Under the pieces are notes generated by a model. The model was not told where the DNA came from, ran no database searches, and worked only from the letters and a program-made list of their open reading frames with translations. Position numbers and translations under genes: made by a program. DNA of 64,000 nucleotides from an uncultured Desulfospira sp. (GTDB lineage: Bacteria > Desulfobacterota > Desulfobacteria > Desulfobacterales > Desulfobacteraceae): contig OY760175.1 in NCBI GenBank assembly GCA_963663165.1, positions 4,672,001 through 4,736,000 on the forward strand, given 5' to 3'. Numbering within the stretch: the first letter of the stretch is position 1; every line of letters begins with the position of its first letter. Shown piece after piece: positions 1 through 11,429 of the stretch.

Positions 1-473
1 TCAAGGGCGAGGTGGCCCTTGCGAAGTATCTGGTGGACGAAGTTCAGGAGGTCTACCGGTTGCAGGGGGTTCGGATCAATGACAAACACATAGAAGTTGT
101 CATCCGGCAGATGATGCGCCGGGTTAAGGTCACCAGCCCCGGAGACACGGAATTTATTCCGGATGAGCAGGTTGACCGGGTTATTTTTGAAGAAAGAAAC
201 CGTGAGGTTGCCATGAAGGGCGGTGAGCCGGCCAAGGGGGAACCATTAATCCTTGGGATTACAAAGGCTTCTCTTTCAACAGACAGTTTTCTGTCGGCTG
301 CATCATTTCAGGAAACCACAAAGGTGTTGACTCTGGCGGCCATTGAAGGAAAATACGACAGCCTCAAGGGATTAAAGGAAAACGTGGTGATGGGCCGGTT
401 GATTCCAGCCGGTACCGGATTCCCCGGTTACCACAACGTCGAGGTGGAAGCCGGGGAAGTACAGGAAGTATAA
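1..473 (+). CDS. rpoC: RNA polymerase beta' subunit, C-terminal part (5' truncated by window edge)
   Basis: Motifs [45 protein letters not shown]. Confidence 0.99.
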   Translation, partial: KGEVALAKYLVDEVQEVYRLQGVRINDKHIEVVIRQMMRRVKVTSPGDTEFIPDEQVDRVIFEERNREVAMKGGEPAKGEPLILGITKASLSTDSFLSAASFQETTKVLTLAAIEGKYDSLKGLKENVVMGRLIPAGTGFPGYHNVEVEAGEVQEV

Positions 474-487
474 AAAATTTAAAATGC

Positions 488-516
488 TTGACTTATAAAA
501 AAACAGAATGTAAAAT
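488..516 (+). promoter_or_regulatory. sigma-70 promoter of the str operon
   Basis: TTGACT (488-493), 17-bp spacer, TAAAAT (511-516), upstream of rpsL. Confidence 0.75.
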
Positions 517-573
517 TAAACATTTTGTCGTGTATGACAATGCATTATCTTGATAAGGAGCGTTGGGAAGACT

Positions 574-945
574 ATGCCGACCATAAATCAGTTGGTTAGA
601 AAAAGCAGGAAGAAAGCGGAAAAAAAGATTAGTACACCGGCCTTGAAAGGCGGTCCCCAGAAGAGAGGGGTATGTACCAGGGTATATACATCAACGCCGA
701 AAAAACCAAACTCTGCATTGAGAAAAGTCGCCAGGGTTCGGTTGACGACCGGTATGGAAGTGGCTGCATATATCCCCGGCATGGGGCATAATCTTCAGGA
801 GCACTCGGTTGTATTGGTCAGGGGCGGCAGGGTAAAGGACCTTCCCGGTGTCCGCTATCATATCGTCAGGGGGGCATTGGATACCCTCGGTGTAGATGAT
901 AGAAGACAGGGACGTTCTAAATACGGGGCCAAGAGACCCAAATAA
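574..945 (+). CDS. rpsL: 30S ribosomal protein S12
   Basis: [10 protein letters not shown] start; [11 protein letters not shown] and [13 protein letters not shown] motifs; ATG at 574 chosen over the upstream TTG. Confidence 0.99.
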   Translation: MPTINQLVRKSRKKAEKKISTPALKGGPQKRGVCTRVYTSTPKKPNSALRKVARVRLTTGMEVAAYIPGMGHNLQEHSVVLVRGGRVKDLPGVRYHIVRGALDTLGVDDRRQGRSKYGAKRPK

Positions 946-993
946 ACGGGACTCAAAAGGTTTACAATTTACACTATTTGGTGGACATGACAG

Positions 994-1461
994 ATGGCAG
1001 ATAAAGAAATCGTTATTGAGAATATTTCACGGGATGCCACCCAGGAACAGAAACTGGCGGCAAAATTTGTAAACTGTGTGATGAGGGACGGCAAGAAAAA
1101 TGCTGCCCGTAAGGTGGTGAGCAACGCCTTGTCCATTGCCGAAGATAGGATTGGTGAACCGGCTCTGGCGGTGTTTTCAAAGGCGGTTGATAATATCAAG
1201 CCGGCAGTGGAGGTAAAGTCCAGAAGAATCGGAGGGTCCACATATCAGGTCCCGACAGATGTTAAGCCGAGCCGGCAGACCGCCCTGGCTTTCAGGTGGC
1301 TGATTAACTTCAGCCGGAGCCGTTCGGAAAAAGGGTTTGCCAACAAACTCGCAGGTGAGTTGATGGATGCTTACAACAACAGGGGCGGCGCCATCAAAAA
1401 AAGAGAAGATACGCACAAAATGGCAGAGGCAAACAAGGCTTTTGCCCATTTCAGGTGGTAA
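994..1461 (+). CDS. rpsG: 30S ribosomal protein S7
   Basis: EVKSRRIGGSTYQVP, HKMAEANKAFAHFRW; atypical N-terminus. Confidence 0.98.
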   Translation: MADKEIVIENISRDATQEQKLAAKFVNCVMRDGKKNAARKVVSNALSIAEDRIGEPALAVFSKAVDNIKPAVEVKSRRIGGSTYQVPTDVKPSRQTALAFRWLINFSRSRSEKGFANKLAGELMDAYNNRGGAIKKREDTHKMAEANKAFAHFRW

Positions 1462-1508
1462 AATTTTTCAATATTGAGATTTAGATTCCACGGGAGGAAC
1501 ATTAGAAA

Positions 1509-2702
1509 ATGGCTAAGGAGAAATTTGAGCGGACCAAGCCGCATGTTAACATAGGAACGATTGGTCATATCGACCATGGGAAGACGACGCTTACCGCAGC
1601 AATCACAAAGCTTGCCGGGATGAAGGGTCACGCCGATTATGTTCCTTTTGACGAGATCGACAAGGCGCCTGAAGAAAGAGAACGTGGTATAACCATTGCA
1701 ACGGCTCATGTTGAATACGAGACCGATGCGCGTCACTATGCCCATGTGGATTGCCCGGGCCATGCCGACTACATTAAGAATATGATCACCGGTGCCGCTC
1801 AGATGGACGGTGCGATCCTGGTGGTCAGTGCTGATGACGGCCCCATGCCCCAGACCCGCGAACACATTCTTCTTGCCCGTCAGGTTGGTGTGCCCAAGAT
1901 CGTTGTTTTCTTGAACAAGTGCGATATGGTGGATGACGAGGAACTCATCGAACTGGTGGAAATGGAACTTCAGGAACTGCTGGACAGCTATGAATTCCCC
2001 GGAGATGAAACCCCGATAATCAGAGGATCCGCCCTTAAAGCCCTGGAAACAGAAGACGTAGACAGTGATGAAGCCAAGCCTATTTTCGAGCTTTTGGACA
2101 CACTGGACAGCTACGTTCCGGAGCCTGAAAGAGATACCGCCAAACCCTTCCTGATGCCCATCGAAGACGTGTTCTCCATTTCCGGCCGTGGTACGGTTGT
2201 TACCGGCAGGATTGAGAGAGGGATCATCAAGACCGGTGAGGAAATCGAAATTGTTGGTATCCGTGACACCGCCAAAACCGTCTGCACCGGCGTTGAGATG
2301 TTCAGAAAACTGCTGGATGAAGGCCAGGCCGGAGACAATGTGGGGTTGCTGCTTCGCGGCACCAAGCGGGACCAGGTGGAAAGAGGCCAGGTAGTATCCA
2401 AACCGGGGACCATTACCCCCCATACCAAGTTCAAAGCCGAGATGTATGCCTTGAGCAAGGAAGAAGGCGGGCGTCATACCCCGTTCTTTACCGGCTACCG
2501 TCCCCAGTTCTTTTTTAGAACCACGGATATTACAGGGGTTCTGACCCTTGAAGAGGGCGTTGAAATGATCATGCCCGGTGATAATGCAACCATCAATGTT
2601 GAGCTGATCAACCCCATTGCCATGGAAAAAGAACTTCGCTTTGCCATAAGGGAAGGCGGACGGACTGTTGGCGCCGGTGTTATCGGTGAAATTGTTGAAT
2701 AA
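1509..2702 (+). CDS. tuf: Elongation factor Tu
   Basis: [38 protein letters not shown]. Confidence 0.99.
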   Translation: MAKEKFERTKPHVNIGTIGHIDHGKTTLTAAITKLAGMKGHADYVPFDEIDKAPEERERGITIATAHVEYETDARHYAHVDCPGHADYIKNMITGAAQMDGAILVVSADDGPMPQTREHILLARQVGVPKIVVFLNKCDMVDDEELIELVEMELQELLDSYEFPGDETPIIRGSALKALETEDVDSDEAKPIFELLDTLDSYVPEPERDTAKPFLMPIEDVFSISGRGTVVTGRIERGIIKTGEEIEIVGIRDTAKTVCTGVEMFRKLLDEGQAGDNVGLLLRGTKRDQVERGQVVSKPGTITPHTKFKAEMYALSKEEGGRHTPFFTGYRPQFFFRTTDITGVLTLEEGVEMIMPGDNATINVELINPIAMEKELRFAIREGGRTVGAGVIGEIVE

Positions 2703-2726
2703 GGGGTCATAGGAAAGAACAATATC

Positions 2727-3035
2727 ATGTTGAAAACAAAAATCAGAATCAGGCTTAAGGCGTACGACCACAAACTGCTTGATCAGTCTTCAGTGGATAT
2801 TGTTGATACGGCAAGGAAAACCGGCGCAAGAGTTGTTGGGCCGGTTCCCCTTCCCACCCGTATTAATAAATTTACGGTTTTGCGCTCTCCCCATGTGAAT
2901 AAAAAGTCCAGGGAACAGTTTGAAATCAGAACTCACAAGAGAATGATGGATATCCTGGAGCCGAGCCAGCAGACCGTTGATGCACTGATGAAACTGGATC
3001 TTTCGCCGGGTGTTGATGTTGAAATTAAATTATAG
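2727..3035 (+). CDS. rpsJ: 30S ribosomal protein S10
   Basis: [24 protein letters not shown]. Confidence 0.99.
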   Translation: MLKTKIRIRLKAYDHKLLDQSSVDIVDTARKTGARVVGPVPLPTRINKFTVLRSPHVNKKSREQFEIRTHKRMMDILEPSQQTVDALMKLDLSPGVDVEIKL

Positions 3036-3053
3036 GGGCGTCAGGGACAGATT

Positions 3054-3680
3054 ATGAGTGGAATATTAGGTAAAAAAATTGGGATGACCAACGTGTTTGC
3101 CTCAGACGGGGAGCTTGTTCCTGTTACCGTTGTTCAGGTGGGACCTTGTGTGGTAACCCAGATCAAAACCTTGGAAAAGGACGGGTATACGGCACTCCAG
3201 CTCGGATTTGATGAGCAGTCTGTTGACAAATTGAACAAACCGGCCGCCGGCCATCTGGCCAAGGCGGGAGACAAAGGATTCCGGGTACTCAGGGAATTTA
3301 GAACCGACTCGGTTGACGATGTTGAACTGGGTTCGGAAGTTAATGTCGGTATGTTCAACGTGGGTGAAAAGATATCCGTTTCAGGCATTACTAAAGGGCG
3401 CGGTTTTCAGGGAACCATTAAACGGCACGGATTCAGCCGGGGCCCTGAGAGCCACGGTAACCGTAACCATAGAAAGCCTGGCTCTATTGGTAACTCGGCC
3501 TGGCCGGCAAAGGTTATCAAAGGCAAAAGGCTGCCCGGACAGATGGGAACCAATAAAAAGACTACCAAGAATTTAACGATTGTCGATATTAAAGCCGAAG
3601 ACAATCTGTTACTGATAAAAGGAGCCGTTCCCGGTCCCAAAACAGGCATTATTGAAGTCTATAAAACCGAAAAAAAATAA
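3054..3680 (+). CDS. rplC: 50S ribosomal protein L3
   Basis: GKKIGMT, KGRGFQGTIKRHGF, KGAVPG. Confidence 0.99.
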   Translation: MSGILGKKIGMTNVFASDGELVPVTVVQVGPCVVTQIKTLEKDGYTALQLGFDEQSVDKLNKPAAGHLAKAGDKGFRVLREFRTDSVDDVELGSEVNVGMFNVGEKISVSGITKGRGFQGTIKRHGFSRGPESHGNRNHRKPGSIGNSAWPAKVIKGKRLPGQMGTNKKTTKNLTIVDIKAEDNLLLIKGAVPGPKTGIIEVYKTEKK

Positions 3681-3800
3681 AATTTTAACAGATTAATCTG
3701 TTCGGTTTAAAACTTAGCAAGTAGATTGTTAAACGCGGCTATGGGTATTGCATTTGAACTCGCAGTGATGCATAGCTGATCAAAATTTAAGAGGAAGAAT

Positions 3801-4421
3801 ATGGCTGCTGTAGATGTATTAAACAGTGCAGGCGAAAAAGTATCTGAAATTCAACTGCCTGATGAAATATTCAGCATACCGGTTAAGAAATCCGTTCTTC
3901 ATGAAGTTGTTCGGTCCCAGCTCGTATCAAAACGGGCAGGGACTGCTGCGTCTAAGACCAGGGGAATGGTTTCCGGTAGTACGAAAAAGCTTTTCAGACA
4001 AAAAGGGACCGGTAATGCCCGGGCCGGCAGCATTAAATCCCCGTTGCGCAAAGGCGGAGGGGTAATTTTTGGGCCGTCTCCAAGATCCTATGCATTTACC
4101 GTCCCTAAAAAGGTTCGAAAACTTGCTTTGAAAATGGCCTTGAGCAGCAAGCTCGAAGACAAAACACTGTTTGTCATTGACGAACTCAACCTCGAAGAAA
4201 TCAAGACCAAAGTTCTCGCAGATATCTTAAAGACGATGGATCTGAACGATCTTCTGATTGTCTCTGATACGGATGATATAAGCCTTGCATTATCCTCAAG
4301 GAATATTCCGGATGTTAAAGTTATCAAGACAGCAGGTCTGAATGTATACGATATTTTAAAATTCAAGAACCTTCTTCTGGTTCAGTCCAGCATCGAGAAT
4401 ATCCAAGGGAGGTTAAACTGA
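3801..4421 (+). CDS. rplD: 50S ribosomal protein L4
   Basis: [20 protein letters not shown]. Confidence 0.99.
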   Translation: MAAVDVLNSAGEKVSEIQLPDEIFSIPVKKSVLHEVVRSQLVSKRAGTAASKTRGMVSGSTKKLFRQKGTGNARAGSIKSPLRKGGGVIFGPSPRSYAFTVPKKVRKLALKMALSSKLEDKTLFVIDELNLEEIKTKVLADILKTMDLNDLLIVSDTDDISLALSSRNIPDVKVIKTAGLNVYDILKFKNLLLVQSSIENIQGRLN

Positions 4422-4423
4422 TC

Positions 4424-4711
4424 ATGAACGAATATGACATTATCAGAGGACCTGTTGTTACAGAAAAAACAACCCTTCAAAAAGAACTGAACAACCAGGT
4501 GACTTTAGTTGTAGATAAGAGAGCCAACCGGGTCGAAATTAAGAATGCCGTAGAAAAGGCGTTTGACACCAAAGTCAAGCAGGTTCGCACGGTGCAGGTA
4601 AAAGGAAAGGTTAAGCGACGCGGAAGGATTCTTGGCAAACGAAATGACTGGAAAAAGGCCATTGTAACGCTGATACCGGGACAACGAATTGATTTTTTTG
4701 AAGGTGTTTAA
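4424..4711 (+). CDS. rplW: 50S ribosomal protein L23
   Basis: [14 protein letters not shown]; operon position. Confidence 0.98.
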   Translation: MNEYDIIRGPVVTEKTTLQKELNNQVTLVVDKRANRVEIKNAVEKAFDTKVKQVRTVQVKGKVKRRGRILGKRNDWKKAIVTLIPGQRIDFFEGV

Positions 4712-4723
4712 AGAGGTAACCAT

Positions 4724-5557
4724 ATGTCAACAATTATAAAGGCTAAACCGACATCTCCGGGAAGACGTGCACAGGAATACCTTTCTTTTGAAGAAATTAC
4801 CAAGACCAAACCGGAACGGCGGCTTACCAAAAATCTGAATAAGAAAAGCGGCCGGAATTCCTTTGGCCGAATTACCGCCAAGCACAGGGGCGGGGGAGCC
4901 AAGAAGAAATACCGTATTATAGATTTCAAACGAGATAAGGACGGTATTCCGGCAAAAGTTTCGGCTATTGAATATGACCCCAATAGAAGTGCCCGGATTG
5001 CCCTGCTGGTATATGCCGACGGCGAAAAAAGATACATCCTGGCACCCCTTGACGTAAAGGTGGGCGATATCCTGGAAACCGGACCAGATGCTGATATTAA
5101 ACCGGGAAATTGCATGCCCCTTGAGAATATTCCTACCGGTACCCGGATTCACAACATTGAGCTGAAACAGAACAAGGGCGGACAGATTGTCAGAAGTGCC
5201 GGTACTTATGCCCGGCTGATGGCCAAAGAAGGCAGCTACGCACAGGTGCTTTTACCTTCCGGCGAGGTCCGCATGGTTCATCTCAAGTGCAAGGCCACCG
5301 TGGGTAGAATTGGTAATGAAAAACACGGGGATGTCAGTATTGGAAAGGCCGGCCGGACCAGATGGATGGGAAAAAGACCTTCTGTCCGGGGGGTTGCCAT
5401 GAACCCGGTTGATCACCCCATGGGTGGTGGTGAAGGCAGGTCCTCAGGCGGACGTCAGCCTTGTACGCCTTGGGGTGTGCCCACAAAAGGCAAGCGGACC
5501 CGGAGCAATGCCAGAACAGATCAGTTTATTATCAAAAGAAGAGCTAAGAGAAGATAG
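4724..5557 (+). CDS. rplB: 50S ribosomal protein L2
   Basis: [30 protein letters not shown]. Confidence 0.99.
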   Translation: MSTIIKAKPTSPGRRAQEYLSFEEITKTKPERRLTKNLNKKSGRNSFGRITAKHRGGGAKKKYRIIDFKRDKDGIPAKVSAIEYDPNRSARIALLVYADGEKRYILAPLDVKVGDILETGPDADIKPGNCMPLENIPTGTRIHNIELKQNKGGQIVRSAGTYARLMAKEGSYAQVLLPSGEVRMVHLKCKATVGRIGNEKHGDVSIGKAGRTRWMGKRPSVRGVAMNPVDHPMGGGEGRSSGGRQPCTPWGVPTKGKRTRSNARTDQFIIKRRAKRR

Positions 5558-5567
5558 GTGACCCATT

Positions 5568-5843
5568 ATGCCAAGATCATTAAAAAAAGGACCATATATC
5601 GCTCCTGAGCTTTTAAAGAAAGTTCTGGCGGCAAGTCAATCCAACAGCAATAAGGTTATCAAAACCTGGTCAAGGAGATCCACTATTCTTCCTGAAATGG
5701 TAGGGACTACTTTTGCCGTTCACAACGGCAAAAAGTTTATTCCTGTATTTGTCACGGAAAATATGGTGGGGCACAAACTTGGCGAGTTTTCACCGACCCG
5801 GACCTTCTGGGGGCACGCTGGGGATAAAAAGGCCAAACGGTAA
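5568..5843 (+). CDS. rpsS: 30S ribosomal protein S19
   Basis: [23 protein letters not shown]. Confidence 0.99.
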   Translation: MPRSLKKGPYIAPELLKKVLAASQSNSNKVIKTWSRRSTILPEMVGTTFAVHNGKKFIPVFVTENMVGHKLGEFSPTRTFWGHAGDKKAKR

Positions 5844-5869
5844 TTTCATAGGCAAAAGGAAATATAGAT

Positions 5870-6205
5870 ATGGAAGTCAAAGCAAAGACAAGGTACGCAA
5901 GAATTTCTCCTTTAAAGCTACGGTTGCCGATCAGTGAAGTCAAAGGAAAGAATGCTGAACAGGCCCTGATGCTGCTAAAATTCATGCCCCTTAAGGCGGC
6001 TGGGATTATTCACAAGACCCTTCAGTCGGCTGTTGCCAATGCAGAACACAATAACGAACTGGACGTGGATAAGCTGATCGTTAAAAATATTATTGTAGAC
6101 CAAGGCCCGTCCATGAAGCGGATTAGACCCCGAGCCCGGGGCAGAGCCGCCAGGATTTTGAAACGAACCAGTCATTTAACCGTAATCGTTGAACAGGTCG
6201 ATTAA
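5870..6205 (+). CDS. rplV: 50S ribosomal protein L22
   Basis: [25 protein letters not shown]. Confidence 0.98.
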   Translation: MEVKAKTRYARISPLKLRLPISEVKGKNAEQALMLLKFMPLKAAGIIHKTLQSAVANAEHNNELDVDKLIVKNIIVDQGPSMKRIRPRARGRAARILKRTSHLTVIVEQVD

Positions 6206-6222
6206 AGAGGAGGAACAAAAGC

Positions 6223-6876
6223 TTGGGCCAGAAAGTACATCCTACTGGATTAAGATTAGGCATCATCAGGACATGGGACTCCAGATGGTACGCAGACAAA
6301 GAGTATGCCGAGTTTGTTGAAGAAGATTTCAAAGTTAGGAAATTTTTGAAAAAAAAGCTTTACCACGCCGGAATTTCAAAAATTGAAATCGAACGATTCT
6401 CCAAACAGATCCGTCTGAGGGTCTATGCGGCAAGGCCGGGTATCATCATCGGCAAAAAAGGGGCGGAGATCGCCCTGTTAAAACAAGAGCTGGAAAAATT
6501 GCTTGTTCCCGAAGTTCTGATTGACATCAAAGAGGTTAGAAGACCTGAAATAGATGCCCAGCTAGTTGCTGAAAATATTGCCCAGCAGCTTGAAAGAAGA
6601 ATTGCCTTTAGACGGGCCATGAAAAGAAGTGTTACGTCTGCCATGCGGTTTGGGGCAAAAGGGATTAAAATTATCTGTTCCGGCCGCCTGGGCGGAGCGG
6701 AAATGGCCAGAACCGAATGGTATAAAGAAGGGCGTATCCCTTTGCACACTCTCAGGGCTGATGTTGATTATGGCTTTATTGAGGCTAAAACAACTTACGG
6801 GACAATAGGCATAAAGACCTTTATTTTTAAAGGTGAGATTTTGAGTTCTGGTGAACAGGCCCTGGCTGGAAATTAA
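6223..6876 (+). CDS. rpsC: 30S ribosomal protein S3 (TTG start)
   Basis: [32 protein letters not shown]. Confidence 0.99.
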   Translation: MGQKVHPTGLRLGIIRTWDSRWYADKEYAEFVEEDFKVRKFLKKKLYHAGISKIEIERFSKQIRLRVYAARPGIIIGKKGAEIALLKQELEKLLVPEVLIDIKEVRRPEIDAQLVAENIAQQLERRIAFRRAMKRSVTSAMRFGAKGIKIICSGRLGGAEMARTEWYKEGRIPLHTLRADVDYGFIEAKTTYGTIGIKTFIFKGEILSSGEQALAGN

Positions 6877-6922
6877 GACGTTAGACTTCAATTATACAGC
6901 AGGCTAGATAGGAGAAACGCAA

Positions 6923-7330
6923 ATGCTTAGTCCAAAAAATGTAAAATTCCGCAAACAGTTCCGGGGTCGGACCAAAGGATCCCCAACAAAAGGAAACACC
7001 TTGAGCTTTGGTGATTTCGGGCTCCAGGCGACGGAGTGCGGTTATATAAATGCACGGCAAATTGAGGCGGCCAGGGTCGCGATGACCAGATACGCTAAAA
7101 GAACGGGTAAAAGCTGGATTCGATTTTTCCCGGATCATCCCATAACCAAAAAACCTGCTGAAGTCAGGATGGGTAAAGGGAAAGGCGCTACTGAAGCCTG
7201 GGTAGCCAGGGTAAAACCCGGAAAAATTCTCTATGAAATGGAGGGGGTTTCCCGGGAAGTTGCCAAAGAAGCCTTAAGGCTTGCTGCAAGAAAACTTTGC
7301 CTGAAAACTCGTTTTGTGGAAAGGAGTTAA
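6923..7330 (+). CDS. rplP: 50S ribosomal protein L16
   Basis: [16 protein letters not shown]. Confidence 0.99.
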   Translation: MLSPKNVKFRKQFRGRTKGSPTKGNTLSFGDFGLQATECGYINARQIEAARVAMTRYAKRTGKSWIRFFPDHPITKKPAEVRMGKGKGATEAWVARVKPGKILYEMEGVSREVAKEALRLAARKLCLKTRFVERS

Positions 7331-7333
7331 GTT

Positions 7334-7534
7334 ATGTTAAAGGCAAGTGAAATCAGGGAAATGGATGAAGGCCAGGTAAAGGAAAAACTGGTCGAGCTCA
7401 AAAAGGAACTGTTCAACCTTCGTTTCCAGAATGATGTCGGGCAGCTTGAAAATACGGCAACGCTTTCCATGGTCAGAAAAGACATCGCAAGACTCTATAC
7501 CATCTCCCGGCAAAAAGATTTTAACATTAGCTAA
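7334..7534 (+). CDS. rpmC: 50S ribosomal protein L29
   Basis: [19 protein letters not shown]. Confidence 0.97.
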   Translation: MLKASEIREMDEGQVKEKLVELKKELFNLRFQNDVGQLENTATLSMVRKDIARLYTISRQKDFNIS

Positions 7535-7546
7535 AGAGTTATCGAT

Positions 7547-7804
7547 ATGGAAAATAAAAAAAATAAAAGAGAGATGATTGGGCTAATTGTATCCGACAAA
7601 ATGGATAAGTCAGTAGTTGTCCGGGTTGAACGGTTTGTACAGCACAAAGTGTATAAAAAATATATCAAACGGTACAAAAAATACCATGCCCATGATGCCA
7701 AGAACGAATGTCGGATTGGTGATGAAGTCAAGATCATTGAAACCCGTCCTTTGAGCAAATTGAAACGGTTCAGGGTTTCTGAGATCACCAAAAAAGCCGT
7801 TTAA
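7547..7804 (+). CDS. rpsQ: 30S ribosomal protein S17
   Basis: [19 protein letters not shown]. Confidence 0.98.
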   Translation: MENKKNKREMIGLIVSDKMDKSVVVRVERFVQHKVYKKYIKRYKKYHAHDAKNECRIGDEVKIIETRPLSKLKRFRVSEITKKAV

Positions 7805-7824
7805 GTAAAGGAGTTACAAAGAAA

Positions 7825-8193
7825 ATGATTCAGAGCGAAACCAGATTGACGGTCGCAGACAACTCCGGAGCAAAGGAACTTTATTGTATAAAGGTTCTGG
7901 GCGGATCCAAAAGAAAATACGCCGGTATCGGTGACATTATTATCACCAGTGTCAAAGAGGCCATCCCGAATTCCAAGGTGAGCAAGGGTGATATTGTACC
8001 GGCGGTGATCGTCAGAACCAAAAAGGAAATTCGCCGGCCGGACGGCTCTTCCATACGGTTTGATGACAATTCGGCAGTGGTATTGACCAAGAACAATGAT
8101 CCTGTCGGAACCCGTATATTCGGCCCGGTGGCAAGGGAGTTAAGGGCAAAAAGATTTATGAAAATCATCTCTTTGGCCCCTGACGTCCTTTAA
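7825..8193 (+). CDS. rplN: 50S ribosomal protein L14
   Basis: [29 protein letters not shown]. Confidence 0.99.
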   Translation: MIQSETRLTVADNSGAKELYCIKVLGGSKRKYAGIGDIIITSVKEAIPNSKVSKGDIVPAVIVRTKKEIRRPDGSSIRFDDNSAVVLTKNNDPVGTRIFGPVARELRAKRFMKIISLAPDVL

Positions 8194-8216
8194 GCTTAAG
8201 GATTGGAGAAAATAAC

Positions 8217-8546
8217 ATGCAGGCTGGAAAAATAAGAATAAAAAAAGATGACAAGGTAAAAGTGCTTACCGGCAAAGATAAAGGCAAAATCGGTAAAGTA
8301 CTCAAGGTGGTGAAAAAGACCAACCGGGCCGTTGTCGAAAACATCAATGTCGTCAAGGTTCATCAGCGGCCCACCCAGGCCAATCCCCAGGGTGGGATTA
8401 TAGACAAAGCCATGCCCATTGAACTGTCCAATTTGATGATCATGTGCAATTCCTGTGTAAAACCGACCCGGATCGGAATAAAACAGCTTGAAGACGGTAA
8501 GCGGGTTAGAATCTGCAAGAAATGCAATGAGCAGATCGACGCCTAG
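8217..8546 (+). CDS. rplX: 50S ribosomal protein L24
   Basis: KOW motif [15 protein letters not shown]; operon position. Confidence 0.98.
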   Translation: MQAGKIRIKKDDKVKVLTGKDKGKIGKVLKVVKKTNRAVVENINVVKVHQRPTQANPQGGIIDKAMPIELSNLMIMCNSCVKPTRIGIKQLEDGKRVRICKKCNEQIDA

Positions 8547-8570
8547 GACCCTCACCCCCGGAGAAGAAAA

Positions 8571-9110
8571 ATGACCACGCTAAAAGAAAGATATTTAAAT
8601 GAAGTTGTTCCGGTACTAAAGGAGAGCTTCAACTATACCAACGAATTTCAGGTGCCCAAGTTTGAAAAGATTGTCCTGAATATGGGGCTTGGAGAAGCGG
8701 TCAGGAACCCGAAAATAATCGAATCAGCTGTTCAGGAGCTGACGCTTATCGCTGGACAAAAAGCCGTTGTTACCAGGGCAAAAAAACCCATTGCCAATTT
8801 CAAGCTCAGGGCCGACCTTCCCATTGGGTGCAAGGTGACCCTGCGCCGTGAAAAAATGTATGATTTTTTTGAACGGCTTATCAATATTGCACTTCCCCGT
8901 GTAAGAGACTTCAAGGGCGTATCAGGAAAAGGCTTTGACGGTCGCGGAAATTTTTCCATGGGGATCACAGAGCATATTATTTTCCCTGAAATTGATTATG
9001 ACAAGACCGACAGCATCAAAGGGTTTAATGTTACGGTTGTGACCACAGCCAAAACCGATGAAGAAGGCAAAAAATTCCTGAAAGAAATGGGAATGCCCTT
9101 TAAAAACTAA
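8571..9110 (+). CDS. rplE: 50S ribosomal protein L5
   Basis: [29 protein letters not shown]. Confidence 0.99.
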   Translation: MTTLKERYLNEVVPVLKESFNYTNEFQVPKFEKIVLNMGLGEAVRNPKIIESAVQELTLIAGQKAVVTRAKKPIANFKLRADLPIGCKVTLRREKMYDFFERLINIALPRVRDFKGVSGKGFDGRGNFSMGITEHIIFPEIDYDKTDSIKGFNVTVVTTAKTDEEGKKFLKEMGMPFKN

Positions 9111-9129
9111 GGATCTTAAGGAGGAAAGC

Positions 9130-9315
9130 TTGGCTAGGACAGCTTTAATCGCAAAGGCCAATAGAAAACCTAAGTTTTCTGTACGTGCGTACAACAGGTG
9201 CCCGTTATGCGGTAGACCAAGAGGATTTATCAGAAAAGCTGGTATTTGCAGAATTTGTTTCAGGACCCTTGCTTCCGAAGGCAAGCTCCCGGGCGTTACC
9301 AAATCAAGCTGGTAG
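9130..9315 (+). CDS. rpsN: 30S ribosomal protein S14, short Zn-binding (type Z) form, TTG start
   Basis: RCPLCGRPR...ICRICFR...LPGVTKSSW, 61 aa. Confidence 0.98.
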   Translation: MARTALIAKANRKPKFSVRAYNRCPLCGRPRGFIRKAGICRICFRTLASEGKLPGVTKSSW

Positions 9316-9369
9316 ACCAGACAAATCCAACAATATTGAATTATCAGCTGAAAGTTAAGGAGACTTCAA

Positions 9370-9768
9370 ATGGCAGTTAGTGATCCAATTGCAGACATGC
9401 TGACCATCATTAGAAATGGCGGGAAGGCGGGGTTTGCCAACGTGGATATCCCCGGATCAAAGATTAAATTGGAAATGGTGCGGGTGCTAAAGGAACAAGG
9501 GTATATCAAGGATTTTAAGTTTCTTGAAAATGAGATTCAGGGAGTGATCCGGGTCTATCTTAAGTATGTGAAAGATGGGCAGCCCACCATATTCGGGATT
9601 AAACGGGTCAGCAAACCATCCTGCAGGGTATACAGCAAATCCAAACAGATTAAGCCGGTATTAAACGGCCTGGGTATTTCCATTGTATCCACCTCAAAAG
9701 GGGTTATGACGGATAAACAGGCTAAAGAAGCGAAGGTCGGCGGTGAAATTCTTTGTAACGTATGGTAA
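9370..9768 (+). CDS. rpsH: 30S ribosomal protein S8
   Basis: DPIADMLTIIRN, GLGISIVSTSKGVMTD. Confidence 0.99.
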   Translation: MAVSDPIADMLTIIRNGGKAGFANVDIPGSKIKLEMVRVLKEQGYIKDFKFLENEIQGVIRVYLKYVKDGQPTIFGIKRVSKPSCRVYSKSKQIKPVLNGLGISIVSTSKGVMTDKQAKEAKVGGEILCNVW

Positions 9769-9782
9769 GACAGGAGTAGAAT

Positions 9783-10325
9783 ATGTCGAGAATAGGAAAA
9801 AAGCCGGTTCAGCTTCCAGATAAGGTCCAGGTTACTTTGGATGCGGATGTCATCAAAGTCAAAGGACCCAAAGGCAATCTCGAACGTAAAGTTCATCCGG
9901 CGGTTAAGATTCAAATAGATGATGGTGAACTAAAGGTGAGTGCAGATTCTTCCAACCAGAAGGATGTTGCGCTACAGGGACTGTTCAGGTCTCTGATCGA
10001 CAATATGGTAACCGGTGTAACCAACGGGTATGAAAAGCAGCTGGTCCTTTCAGGGATTGGCTACCGGGCTGAAACCAAAGGGAAGAATCTCGTACTCAAC
10101 GTGGGGTACTCCAATCCGGTCGACTTTGAACTGCCTGAAGGCATCAGCGCTCAGGTTGAAAACAACACCAAGATTACGCTCAGCGGAATAGACAAAGAGA
10201 TTCTTGGCCAGGCAGCGGCGAATATCAGACGGGTCAGGCCCCCAGAGCCCTACAAGGGAAAGGGCATAATGTATGCCGATGAAAGAATCATCAGAAAAGC
10301 GGGCAAAACAGCCGGTAAAGATTAG
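9783..10325 (+). CDS. rplF: 50S ribosomal protein L6
   Basis: MSRIGKKP, RPPEPYKGKGI. Confidence 0.99.
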   Translation: MSRIGKKPVQLPDKVQVTLDADVIKVKGPKGNLERKVHPAVKIQIDDGELKVSADSSNQKDVALQGLFRSLIDNMVTGVTNGYEKQLVLSGIGYRAETKGKNLVLNVGYSNPVDFELPEGISAQVENNTKITLSGIDKEILGQAAANIRRVRPPEPYKGKGIMYADERIIRKAGKTAGKD

Positions 10326-10343
10326 AGCGGGAGTATAAATATC

Positions 10344-10712
10344 ATGGGAAAGACATCACCAAGGCTTGTATCCAGGCTTAAAAGAAAAAAGAGAATCAGA
10401 AAAAGTATCACCGGCAGTCAGGAACGTCCGAGACTGAGTGTGTTCAGAAGCTCCAAACATATTTATGCCCAGATCGTAGATGATACCCAAGGCCGGACCC
10501 TGGTTTCCGCATCCAGCCTGGACGGGGAATACAAAGACAGCCCCGCAGAGGGAAAAAAACGGGATGTAGCCAAGGCAATTGGGCTGCTTGTCGGGAAGAG
10601 GGCCATTGACAAAGGAATTACAAAAGTGGTTCTGGACAGAAATGGGTTTTTATATCATGGCCGCGTTAAAGCGCTCTCAGACGGTGCCCGTGAAGCCGGT
10701 CTGGATTTCTAA
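10344..10712 (+). CDS. rplR: 50S ribosomal protein L18
   Basis: [25 protein letters not shown]. Confidence 0.99.
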   Translation: MGKTSPRLVSRLKRKKRIRKSITGSQERPRLSVFRSSKHIYAQIVDDTQGRTLVSASSLDGEYKDSPAEGKKRDVAKAIGLLVGKRAIDKGITKVVLDRNGFLYHGRVKALSDGAREAGLDF

Positions 10713-10728
10713 ATAAGGAGGAACACCC

Positions 10729-11235
10729 TTGGCAAGACAACAGGCAAGACAACAGATGGAAGACAGTGGGTTAATCGATAAAGTTGTCCGGATCAACCGC
10801 GTGGCAAAAGTAGTTAAAGGCGGCAGGAATTTCAGTTTTTCAGCCCTTGTGGTGGTTGGAGACGGTGAAGGCACCGTGGGGTACGGCCTTGGAAAAGCCA
10901 CTGAGGTTCCCGAAGCCATTCGAAAAGGCATGGAAAAGGCCAAGCGGAACATGGTCAAGGTCGCTATTTTGAACGGCACGGTTCCCTTTGAGGTTGTGGG
11001 GCGCGCCGGGGCCGGACAGGTTCTCCTCAAACCCGCATCCCCCGGTACCGGGCTGATTGCCGGTGGTGGTATCCGTGCAGTCCTTGAAGCAGCGGGCGTT
11101 ACGGATATCCTGACCAAATGCATTGGGACCCACAACACCCAGAACATTGTCAGAGCGACAATGGCAGGTCTTCAATCGCTGTGTACCAAAGAAGAGGTCG
11201 CCAAGCGCAGGGGCTTGCGGCCTGAAGATATTTAA
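10729..11235 (+). CDS. rpsE: 30S ribosomal protein S5
   Basis: [31 protein letters not shown] start behind an AGGAGG ribosome-binding site. Confidence 0.99.
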   Translation: MARQQARQQMEDSGLIDKVVRINRVAKVVKGGRNFSFSALVVVGDGEGTVGYGLGKATEVPEAIRKGMEKAKRNMVKVAILNGTVPFEVVGRAGAGQVLLKPASPGTGLIAGGGIRAVLEAAGVTDILTKCIGTHNTQNIVRATMAGLQSLCTKEEVAKRRGLRPEDI

Positions 11236-11246
11236 TGAGGTTAACA

Positions 11247-11429
11247 ATGGCAGATACATTGAGAATAACACAGATTAGAAGCACCATTGGACGGCCGGCA
11301 AAACAGGGGCGGATTGTCCGGTCCTTAGGGATCAAGCGGATGCACCATACCGTGGAGCATAAAAAAGATCCGGTTATCCTGGGACAGATTAAAAAGATTT
11401 CACACCTGTTGAAAGTAGAGGAGGTCTAA
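11247..11429 (+). CDS. rpmD: 50S ribosomal protein L30
   Basis: ITQIRSTIG...LGIKR; position between rpsE and rplO. Confidence 0.96.
   Translation: MADTLRITQIRSTIGRPAKQGRIVRSLGIKRMHHTVEHKKDPVILGQIKKISHLLKVEEV

Noticed and set aside
574..945. Streptomycin-resistance substitutions in S12
   Set aside because: Both diagnostic lysines (TPKKPNS and RVKDLPG) are wild type.
1371..2771. 466-aa ORF antisense to tuf
   Set aside because: Shadow ORF of a highly expressed gene with biased codons; no recognisable motifs.
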